Shown here piece after piece: positions 56,638 through 64,000 of a DNA stretch of 64,000 nt. This stretch comes from Candidatus Dojkabacteria bacterium (lineage in GTDB: Bacteria; Patescibacteriota; Dojkabacteria; B142; WJKM01): NCBI GenBank assembly GCA_014729085.1, contig WJKM01000009.1, positions 61,973 through 125,972 of the forward strand. The letters run 5' to 3'. The position numbers and the translations under genes are program-made. Under the pieces are notes generated by a model. That model made no database searches. It was not told the DNA's origin and saw nothing but the letters and a program-made list of their open reading frames with translations. Each line of letters starts with the position of its first letter. Within the stretch, counting starts at the first letter, position 1.

Positions 56638-58080
56638 ATGAAAATGATAACTAAAAGAACAAAAATTGTGTGTACATTAGGACCCTCAACTTGGGATAAA
56701 AAGTCAATATCCCGGCTATTTAAAGCAGGAATGAATGTAGCTAGAATTAATACTGCGTTCATTGAAGATTTAAAAGAACTAAAGGAAATAGCAGATATTG
56801 TTAGAAGTATAAGTTCAGAAATAGCTTTGATGCTGGATATTAAGGGTAACGACGTACGTTTGAATAATTTTTCAACTCCAATTAAATTGAAAAAAGGAGA
56901 TGAAATTGTTATTGGTAGTTCAACTGGTGATCAGATATATCCTGCAAACTATCTTGACTTATACAAAGATCTCAAGAAGGGAGATGAATTATTTTTTGAT
57001 GATGGTTATGTTAAGGTTGTGGTTGAAAAGATTAGTAAGAAAAAAATATATTGTAAAGTAAGAGAAGGTGAGGTATTAAATCCCGGTAAGTCGTTAAATA
57101 CACCTGGTATTTACCTATCTTTACCTCCAATAACAAAAAAGGATAAAGAGCAGATAGATTTTTGTGTAAAAGACGGATGGGATTTTGTTGCGGCTTCATA
57201 TATTAGAGATAAAAAGGATGCTCAAGCTGTTATGAAATATCTCAAAGACACTAATGTTCATGTAATTGCAAAAATTGAGGAAGGGATGGGAGTTTCTAAC
57301 ATTGAAGATATAATTCAGGTAGTTGACGGTATAATGATTGCGCGTGGAGATATGGCAGTCGAAATGCCCTATGAGCAAATACCATCAATTCAAAAAATGG
57401 TTATTTCTTTATGTAATATCGCTGCAAAGCCGGTTATAAATGCAACAGAAGTTGTAAATTCCATGAAAAACCAACCAAGACCAACCAGAGCGGAAATAAC
57501 GGACGTAGCCAATGCAATTCTAGATGGAACCGATGCAATTATGACTTCAGGTGAAACTTCGGTAGGAAGATATCCTGATGAAGCAGTACGTGCTATCTCT
57601 AGAATAGCTGTAGAGAATGAAAAATATTTGGAGTCGATGTTAATTGAATCTAGAATTAAAAAACAAGATCAGATTGCAGTAGCAATGACTGAAGCAGCTT
57701 TTCAAGTAATTTTTGAGCTTGATATTAATAAAGTATTTGTAATCACTCAGACAGGAACTACAGCAAGAATGCTTTCAAGGTATGATCTTCCTGTAGAGAT
57801 AGATGCTTTTGTTCCAAATGATACAATCAAGAGGCAACTTGCAATGACAAAGGGAGTAACTTCATATGTCTTCCCACCACAGCATAAAACTGAGGATTAT
57901 TCTTTACTTAAACTTGTTGAGTACGCCATTAATAACGATCTTACAAAATCATCGGACAAAATATTAATCTTTGGGAAAGTATACTGGACAGAAGTTGATT
58001 TTCCAAATATTTTTGAATACGTTGAAATGAAAAAATTCCTAAAGGATATGAAGGATAAACTGGAAATTAAAAAATCATAA
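56638..58080 (+). CDS. pyk: Pyruvate kinase
   Basis: RTKIVCTLGP, ARIN, AKIE, MIARGD, PTRAE.TDVANA and SGET motifs. Confidence 0.96.
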   Translation: MKMITKRTKIVCTLGPSTWDKKSISRLFKAGMNVARINTAFIEDLKELKEIADIVRSISSEIALMLDIKGNDVRLNNFSTPIKLKKGDEIVIGSSTGDQIYPANYLDLYKDLKKGDELFFDDGYVKVVVEKISKKKIYCKVREGEVLNPGKSLNTPGIYLSLPPITKKDKEQIDFCVKDGWDFVAASYIRDKKDAQAVMKYLKDTNVHVIAKIEEGMGVSNIEDIIQVVDGIMIARGDMAVEMPYEQIPSIQKMVISLCNIAAKPVINATEVVNSMKNQPRPTRAEITDVANAILDGTDAIMTSGETSVGRYPDEAVRAISRIAVENEKYLESMLIESRIKKQDQIAVAMTEAAFQVIFELDINKVFVITQTGTTARMLSRYDLPVEIDAFVPNDTIKRQLAMTKGVTSYVFPPQHKTEDYSLLKLVEYAINNDLTKSSDKILIFGKVYWTEVDFPNIFEYVEMKKFLKDMKDKLEIKKS

Positions 58081-58085
58081 GTGAT

Positions 58086-58619
58086 ATGATCGAATTGGAG
58101 AAAACATATTTGGCAAAATATATTCCTGAAGATCTCTCAGACTCTAAATATATTGAAATATGTGATAAGTATTTCCCTGTAAATTCAACCCACCCCGTAT
58201 TAAGATTGAGAAGAAAGAATAAGAAATACTTACTTACTAAAAAAAAGCCATTATCAAAGCATGATTCTTCAAAACAAAAAGAAGAGACTATTATCCTTTC
58301 TCAAGAGGAATACAAAACTTTCCTTGCAATTCCAGGGCGGAAAATCTATAAAAGACGTTATTTTTACGAATATAATAATAAAATTGCAGAGTTTGATGTT
58401 TTTTTAGATAAACTTAAAGGACTAGTAACTATTGATGTTGAATTCCAAAATGAAGAAAATAAAAATAGATTCAAAACACCAGAGTTCTGTTTGATTGAAG
58501 TTACACAAGAAAAGTTTATTGCGGGAGGAATGTTATGTAGGAAGAGTTATAAAGATATAAAAAATGAGTTAGAAAATTTTAATTACAAAAAATTAAATTA
58601 TAGTTTTTCTAGGCAATAA
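58086..58619 (+). CDS. CYTH/triphosphate-tunnel metalloenzyme
   Basis: N-terminal ELEK (ExExK), LRLR, TKK, KRRY and DVEF motifs. Confidence 0.85.
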   Translation: MIELEKTYLAKYIPEDLSDSKYIEICDKYFPVNSTHPVLRLRRKNKKYLLTKKKPLSKHDSSKQKEETIILSQEEYKTFLAIPGRKIYKRRYFYEYNNKIAEFDVFLDKLKGLVTIDVEFQNEENKNRFKTPEFCLIEVTQEKFIAGGMLCRKSYKDIKNELENFNYKKLNYSFSRQ

Positions 58620-58627
58620 CTTATGAA

Positions 58628-58661
58628 AAATAAAGACGGGTTAATAAACCCGTCTTTATTT
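58628..58661. terminator. Bidirectional intrinsic terminator
   Basis: Perfect 15-bp inverted repeat AAATAAAGACGGGTT-aata-AACCCGTCTTTATTT between convergent genes. Confidence 0.9.
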
Positions 58662-58678
58662 ATGACTAGTCTATAAAT

Positions 58679-59998
58679 TTATATCAAGTCCTTACTTTTA
58701 ATTATCTTTTCTAATTCATTTTTACCTTCTTCGGACAAGCTGTACTTTACTCGAGTGTAGGGTTTTTCAATCTTTATGAATCTTGCTAGATCAATAGGAG
58801 TTCCAATAACTACACTATCGCAATCTACTTTATTAATCGTTTCTTCTAAATCTTCCATTTGTTTATCGCTATATCCCATTGCAGGAAGAATGGTTCCAAT
58901 TTCTGGATAATGTTGATATGTTTCTTCCATTTTACCTACAACATATGGTCTTGGATCTACAAATTTAGCAACTCCAGTTCTTTCAGCTGCTACATAGCCA
59001 GCTCCAATTTTCATTTCTCCATGTGTTAAAGTTGGGCCATCTTCAATGACAAGGACATTTTTATCTTTAATTACTTCTGGATCTTCAACTTCAAGGGTAG
59101 ATTCAGCTTTTATAATTTCTGCATCAGGATTATATTTCTTCACATTATCTATGACTGTTTGTATATCTTCTTTTTTAGCAGAATCAATTTTATTAAGCAA
59201 GACTATATCTGCCATTCTTAAATTTACTTCTCCCGGATAATAACTAACTTCATGACCTGGTCTTAAAGGATCTGCTACAACTATTGTTAGATCGGATTTA
59301 TAAAATGTCATATCGTTATTACCTCCATCCCATACAATTACATCAGCTTCCTTTTCTGCCTCTCTTAATATTGCTTCATAATCGACCCCAGCATAAATAA
59401 TACTTCCCATATTAATATGGGGTTCATATTCTTCCATTTCTTCTATTGTACAATCATATTTATCTAGGTCTTCTAGTTTTTCATATCTTTGAACTCTTTG
59501 TTTTTCTAGATCTCCATAAGGCATCGGATGTCTAATTGAGACGACTTTCTTGCCAGCTTCTTTTAATATTTCCACAACTCTTCTTGTTGTTTGGCTCTTT
59601 CCGCATCCTGTTCTTACAGCAAGAATAGATATTACAGGCTTAGAACTTTTTAACATGGTTTGGTCAGATCCCAACATCGAAAATTTTGCACCTGCTGCCA
59701 TTACTTTGGAAGCAAGATGCATAACGTAGTCATAGGAAAGATCACTATATGAAAGAACACATTCATCTATATTTTCTTCTTTAATAATTTGCTCTAAGTT
59801 TTTTTCATCTTTAATCGGTACACCATCAGGATATAAGTCACCAGCTAGACTCGCTGGATACTTTCTTCCGACAATATCTGGTATTTGGGTTGCAGTGAAA
59901 GCCACAACTTCGGTGGAATCATCTTCTCTATATACAGAATTGAAATTATGGAAGTCTCTTCCAGCTGCCCCTAAAATAAGGATACGGTTTTTTTGCAT
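58679..59998 (-). CDS. arcE: ArcE-like arginine synthetase (COG2403; often annotated cDPG synthase or GTPase)
   Basis: ILGAAGRDFHNFN, FTATQIP, AVRTGCGKSQT, IRHPMPYG, WDGGNND, EDGPTLTHG and LPAMGY motifs. Confidence 0.8.
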   Translation of the reverse strand: MQKNRILILGAAGRDFHNFNSVYREDDSTEVVAFTATQIPDIVGRKYPASLAGDLYPDGVPIKDEKNLEQIIKEENIDECVLSYSDLSYDYVMHLASKVMAAGAKFSMLGSDQTMLKSSKPVISILAVRTGCGKSQTTRRVVEILKEAGKKVVSIRHPMPYGDLEKQRVQRYEKLEDLDKYDCTIEEMEEYEPHINMGSIIYAGVDYEAILREAEKEADVIVWDGGNNDMTFYKSDLTIVVADPLRPGHEVSYYPGEVNLRMADIVLLNKIDSAKKEDIQTVIDNVKKYNPDAEIIKAESTLEVEDPEVIKDKNVLVIEDGPTLTHGEMKIGAGYVAAERTGVAKFVDPRPYVVGKMEETYQHYPEIGTILPAMGYSDKQMEDLEETINKVDCDSVVIGTPIDLARFIKIEKPYTRVKYSLSEEGKNELEKIIKSKDLI

Positions 59999-60214
59999 AT
60001 TTTGTATATTAAAAAATAAAATAATGCAATTTCTAAGAGGAGTAAGGATTGATTAATTAGATGAATATATTATCAATATAGACCAGGTTCCATCTTTTTG
60101 CAAATTTATGTTGAATCTAGAAACTAGTTGTTTAGAAATTTAAATGTAGATTAGCTTCACAAAATGAATAGAATCAACTGATTTTACGAATAATATTCCT
60201 ACATTTAAAATTTC

Positions 60215-60233
60215 CGGGACAGGCTTATCATCC
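60215..60233 (-). repeat. tRNA-linked motif, second copy
   Basis: cgggacaggcttatcatcc, 18/19 identical to 24281-24299. Confidence 0.8.
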
Positions 60234-60260
60234 TGCAAAGTATCTATGTAGAATTCTAAG

Positions 60261-60346
60261 TGCCGGGAGCGGGACTCGAACCCGCACGCTTTATTAAGAG
60301 CAAAGGATTTTAAGTCCTTCGTGTCTACCAGTTCCACCACCCCGGC
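60261..60346 (-). tRNA. tRNA-Leu (TAA), CCA not encoded
   Basis: Acceptor GCCGGGG/TCCCGGC, anticodon arm AAGGA-CTTAAAA-TCCTT, long variable arm, T-arm GCGGG-TTCGAGT-CCCGC. Confidence 0.97.
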
Positions 60347-60385
60347 TATTAATTATCAGTGTGCAATTCTAGTTAAATAAAAAAG

Positions 60386-60462
60386 TGGAGGCCACGGTGG
60401 GATTCGAACCCACGCATAGGGGTTTTGCAGACCCCTGCCTTAACCAGCTTGGCTACGTGACC
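60386..60462 (-). tRNA. tRNA-Cys (GCA), CCA encoded
   Basis: Acceptor GGTCACG/CGTGGCC, anticodon arm GGGGT-CTGCAAA-ACCCC, T-arm GTGGG-TTCGAAT-CCCAC, ending TCCA. Confidence 0.97.
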
Positions 60463-60586
60463 GTTATAATGCATTATCTAGATTTATTAAAGATCCTTTA
60501 ATTGCCTAACAAAATAAATTCAGGATTGTATATTATTAAGCAAGAATAATTATAACAAAATCGAATTTGATGTTAATAGACAAATT

Positions 60587-60985
60587 TTATACTTTTGTCC
60601 ACTTTAATCCATAATGTATTATGCCATCTTTTCCATCCTCAAAATATTTTCTGAAAGTCGGAATAAAAACATCTCCCTTTTGGAGTTTATTATAGTCAAC
60701 GTCAACTATCTGAGTTGTAATTCTCTCGCCATTTTTAAATTCCAGAATACCAACAATATAAGGTTTCATATCTTCAAAACCAGCAGGTGGTGCATTGACT
60801 TCAGACCAAGTTATTAACTTTGCTTCGTTTTCAAATCTATACGCTTCGAATTCGGTATTGCTGTTTTCAGGTTCGACGAAGACTGGTGGATAATACGCTT
60901 TGTCAGTTTTTTTTGATTTACTGCCAATTAATAGATATCTACTTTTAAATTTTCTCCAAATTTTTGAGGGTGATTTTTTATGCAT
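60587..60985 (-). CDS. DUF35 (ChsH2-like OB-fold) thiolase partner lacking the Zn-ribbon cysteines
   Basis: WR....RY.LIGS...YYPP, W.EV..PP.GFE...PY.VG, TQIVD and FRK...G..G.I.YG motifs; adjacent to the thiolase. Confidence 0.87.
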   Translation of the reverse strand: MHKKSPSKIWRKFKSRYLLIGSKSKKTDKAYYPPVFVEPENSNTEFEAYRFENEAKLITWSEVNAPPAGFEDMKPYIVGILEFKNGERITTQIVDVDYNKLQKGDVFIPTFRKYFEDGKDGIIHYGLKWTKV

Positions 60986-61010
60986 TTTAATTATTGTATT
61001 TAATTATTTA

Positions 61011-62153
61011 TTATATTTTTTCAAATATGTTTACAATACAGGTAGCTCCGCTACCTCCTATATTATGTGTTAGGCCATATTTCATATCTTTTTGAACTTG
61101 TCGTTTACCTGCTTTTCCGGTAAGTTGTTTAACAATTTCAACTGCTTGCTTAACTCCAGTGGCACCTACAGGATGTCCTGCTGCTTTAAGCCCTCCGGAC
61201 AGGTTTGTTGGAATTGAGCCATCCATTTGAGTATCTCCAGATTCCACAAATTGACCCCCTTTACCTTTCTCAACAAACCCAAGATCTTCATAAGCTAAAA
61301 TTTCAGCTATTGAAAAGCAGTCATGTACCTCCATAATATCAATATCTTTATTTTTAAGCTTTGATTGTTTAAATGCTCTTTCTTTAGCTTTGATTGTAGC
61401 TTCTAGAATTGTGATATCTTTTCGATCATGTAAGGCAAGGGAATCTTGAGCATGTCCAGATGCTATTAGTCTAATCTCAGATTTTTTCTTTGATGACATT
61501 ACAATTGCAGCCGCTCCATCTGAAATAGGAGAGGAATCGAAAAGTTTTAAAGGATCAGCAACAACCGGAGATCTTAAAACCTGTTCAACAGTAATCTCTT
61601 TTTGGAAATGTGCGTCTGGATTAAGAGTACCGTGTTTATGATTTTTTACAGAGCACATTGCTAGCTGTTCATGACTTGTTCCATATCTATTCATATGCTC
61701 TCTTGCGATCATTGCATAAAGTGATGGGAAAGTCACACCATAAAAAGCTTCCCATTCCTCATCGCTTGCGCCTGATAAACCTTCAGTTGCATTTTTAGTG
61801 TTTACATCGGTCATTTTTTCAACTCCTAGAATCAGGGCATTTTCTGAAGATCCACTAAGTAAATCAAGGAAACCAGCTCTAATTGCTGCAGAACCTGAGG
61901 CACAAGCTGCTTCAATATGAAACGCTGGACAATCCAGACCTAATTCTGTTGCAAATAAAGCACCTAGGTGGTCTTGTCCTGTGTAATGGGATGCTGCCAT
62001 ATTTGCAACATATAACACATCAATATCCTGAAGATTTATTTTAGAGTTTTGAACGGCATTAACTGCAGCCTCAACTCCAAGATCTCTAAAGTCTCGTTTC
62101 CAAAGTTCCCCAAATTTGGTTGTGTAGCCTCCGTTAACATATACTTGTTTCAT
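61011..62153 (-). CDS. Acetyl-CoA acetyltransferase (archaeal/SCP2-type thiolase)
   Basis: TKFGE, EAACASG, GVEKM, EVHDCF, GHPVGATG and HNIGG motifs. Confidence 0.93.
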   Translation of the reverse strand: MKQVYVNGGYTTKFGELWKRDFRDLGVEAAVNAVQNSKINLQDIDVLYVANMAASHYTGQDHLGALFATELGLDCPAFHIEAACASGSAAIRAGFLDLLSGSSENALILGVEKMTDVNTKNATEGLSGASDEEWEAFYGVTFPSLYAMIAREHMNRYGTSHEQLAMCSVKNHKHGTLNPDAHFQKEITVEQVLRSPVVADPLKLFDSSPISDGAAAIVMSSKKKSEIRLIASGHAQDSLALHDRKDITILEATIKAKERAFKQSKLKNKDIDIMEVHDCFSIAEILAYEDLGFVEKGKGGQFVESGDTQMDGSIPTNLSGGLKAAGHPVGATGVKQAVEIVKQLTGKAGKRQVQKDMKYGLTHNIGGSGATCIVNIFEKI

Positions 62154-62169
62154 TTAAAACGTGTAAAAA

Positions 62170-62598
62170 TTAGATTTGGCTTGAATTTTTTTCAACTTTT
62201 ATGTCTGTTTCTTGTATTTCATCGAATTGATAGAAACCTGTTTTGGGATCTTTCTTTATTTTGAAATATCTTACCGGAATTTTTAACTCTTTTTCACAAT
62301 AATAAATCTCAGCAGCTACACCATCAGAGACTTTATCAAAAACCCATAGTTCATTAGCTAATCTGATTAAATTATCATTGACATCATATATCAATTTTCT
62401 TGAGATAGTATCCCCAAAAAAATAGTTAAAATTCATGAATGGATTAAGGGGAACTAATTTTTTTTCTAGAATAAATTTGGATATATGTTCTCTTAGAAAA
62501 AATTTTTGTTTAGAGTATGCAGGATATATTACCTTGAATTTTTTCCTTTTTCTCTTTAAATCATTTTTATTTATAATTTTTTGAATTTTTTTAATCAT
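62170..62598 (-). CDS. DUF4406/nucleoside 2-deoxyribosyltransferase-like fold protein
   Basis: VPLNPF, ELWVF..VSDGV..EI and IPVRYF motifs. Confidence 0.6.
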   Translation of the reverse strand: MIKKIQKIINKNDLKRKRKKFKVIYPAYSKQKFFLREHISKFILEKKLVPLNPFMNFNYFFGDTISRKLIYDVNDNLIRLANELWVFDKVSDGVAAEIYYCEKELKIPVRYFKIKKDPKTGFYQFDEIQETDIKVEKNSSQI

Positions 62599-63394
62599 CA
62601 ATATTTTTTAATTTTTTGTTAACAAGTATGAATATACCAAATAGTAAAACTAGTCCAGAACTATTAATCACAATATATGCAGTTGATTTTCTAAGCATTG
62701 AGTTCCGTTCCGTAACATTTGAATATACCCCTGAAACGTTGTATCCTCTTGAAGATAAGCCACAATCAGTATTTACATAATTTGAGAGAAGATTTGCAGA
62801 ATTTGTAACATCTACATAATGTGCAAGTTTGGAATAATTAAAAAATGTTCCTTTTGGGAACCATTTATATACAACTTTTGTCTCTTTGTTATTTTCATTA
62901 CCTTCCTGAATATTTTCAATTTCTACTTTCTTTTCTATTTCATCTGCAGGAAATAGAATTGTACAAGAAGCTACATCGCTTTGACCATTCATATCTATAA
63001 TTGAAAGTCTTACATTATAATATCCTGGATATTTAAATTGATGGGCAAGTTTTTTTTCACCGACGAGACCTGTTCCATCATCTATTCGCCAAATATACTT
63101 TTCAACCTCATCTTTATACGTTTTGGAAATAGAGGCATCAAATTCAATTATTCTATTTTCCCAGTCTATATTTGCGACAAATCTTGCAATAGGATTGAAG
63201 GCAGCTGGCCATATTTCTGAACCCTTTATTTTAACTAAGTCTGTAATATAAGGAATTGTAGAGAGTAAAAGTGATATTTCTAGAAAAAGAAAAATACATA
63301 ACAAAAATATTTTTAGTATTTTTTTATATTTTTTCTTAAAAAAATCAGTTGTAGTATTGAATAATCTTTCTATTGTCTTTTTCTTTTTAGCCAT
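62591..63394 (-). CDS. PKD-domain membrane protein
   Basis: N- and C-terminal TMs flank P.A.F, FDAS.S, Y.W..DDG and H....PG.Y.V.L. Confidence 0.8.
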   Translation of the reverse strand: MAKKKKTIERLFNTTTDFFKKKYKKILKIFLLCIFLFLEISLLLSTIPYITDLVKIKGSEIWPAAFNPIARFVANIDWENRIIEFDASISKTYKDEVEKYIWRIDDGTGLVGEKKLAHQFKYPGYYNVRLSIIDMNGQSDVASCTILFPADEIEKKVEIENIQEGNENNKETKVVYKWFPKGTFFNYSKLAHYVDVTNSANLLSNYVNTDCGLSSRGYNVSGVYSNVTERNSMLRKSTAYIVINSSGLVLLFGIFILVNKKLKNIDD

Positions 63395-63418
63395 AAGTAA
63401 TAGACTTCTGAAGTAATT

Positions 63419-64000
63419 TTAATGAATTAATTTCTCCGTATGACGGACATATTCACCATAGGTAAGATAGATTTTTTTATTCAGTTGCTCATCAATATCC
63501 AGATCAAATTTTAATTTATCAATATTTTTCCGGTAACTAATAATATTTTTTGTTACCTCCAAAGCTATTGAATCACTACCCGCTCCGGAACCATAGCTGG
63601 TTACTAAGATTTTTTCTCCCGGATTAGCATTATCTAATACAGCTGCAAGCCCTAATAAGGAACAGGCAGAGTAGGTATTGCCTAGTTTTGAGACTATGAA
63701 GCCATGTTTCAGTTGTTCTTTATTTACTCCAAGATTTTTTGCAGCAACTAATGGGAATTTTCCATTAGGCATATGAAATATAACATGGTTGAAATCTGAT
63801 ATCTGCATTTTGGCTTCTTTTAATAGTTGCTTGGTAGCGCTTTTAATGTGTTTAAAATATGCAGGTTTTCCGGTAAATCTACCTCCGTGTTTAGGAAAAT
63901 GTCTATGTTCCCTTCTCCAGAAATCGGGAGTATCGGAAGTATATGAGGTAGTATGGATTATTCTTGCGATAACATCTTTATCACCAACAATAAATGCTGC
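63419..64000 (-). CDS. Archaeal-type HMG-CoA synthase (5' part outside the window)
   Basis: The frame is open to the window edge: DTPDFWRRE, HGGRFTG.PAYFKH, FHMPNGKFP, GNTYS and SYGSGAGSD motifs. Confidence 0.93.
   Translation of the reverse strand, partial: AAFIVGDKDVIARIIHTTSYTSDTPDFWRREHRHFPKHGGRFTGKPAYFKHIKSATKQLLKEAKMQISDFNHVIFHMPNGKFPLVAAKNLGVNKEQLKHGFIVSKLGNTYSACSLLGLAAVLDNANPGEKILVTSYGSGAGSDSIALEVTKNIISYRKNIDKLKFDLDIDEQLNKKIYLTYGEYVRHTEKLIH

Noticed and set aside
48955-58619. Cyclase plus CYTH as a Pycsar/CBASS-like defence system
   Set aside because: The genes are 8 kb apart, no cNMP-binding effector is adjacent, and the cyclase has ordinary ATP-specifying residues.
60140-60340. 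66-aa ORF MVELVDTKDLKS...
   Set aside because: It is a translation of the tRNA-Leu gene.
943-63220. Many 60-170 aa ORFs nested in or antisense to long genes (e.g. 943-1347, 14007-14892, 40432-40785, 43113-43691)
   Set aside because: They overlap confidently identified genes and carry no motifs; those near 43 kb mirror the 135-bp repeat.
1-64000. Alternative genetic code (TGA = Gly/Trp)
   Set aside because: Conserved genes are full length under code 11, and mnmA ends at TGA at the expected position.

Overview
AT-rich (roughly 30% GC by eye) chromosomal segment read in genetic code 11. The gene content suggests a Patescibacteria/CPR bacterium, possibly Dojkabacteria-like; this is an inference, as no rRNA or other marker gene is present. 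From left to right the window holds: hsp20 under two CIRCE-like operators; an alpha-glucan/glycogen cluster (GT4, GH57, two GH15, GH133 debranching enzyme, plus an SLH-M14 peptidase); rpiB with a degenerate transaldolase; an aminotransferase-ALDH pair; and a mevalonate pathway split over three sites (hmgR-idi2; mvk/pmk/mvaD/Nudix interleaved with HAD phosphatases; archaeal-type HMG-CoA synthase/thiolase/DUF35). It also contains tRNA-Ser, -Leu and -Cys, housekeeping genes (rnhA, mraY, mnmA, ppa, rpe, hisS, pyk), an ArcE-like arginine synthetase, and a two-gene giant surface-protein locus. No CRISPR array, transposase, integrase or reverse transcriptase is visible. The most interesting observations are: (1) a CntK-like histidine racemase in an operon with hisS, behind a leader-peptide attenuator-like structure; (2) possible donor-strand complementation between the two surface proteins; (3) a 19-nt motif exactly 27 nt downstream of two different tRNAs, with decayed tRNA-Ser copies bracketing a protease gene; (4) an unannotated 31-aa membrane peptide faced by an antisense promoter (type I toxin-antitoxin-like); (5) several pseudo-enzymes. 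All family assignments come from motif recognition by eye, not database searches.
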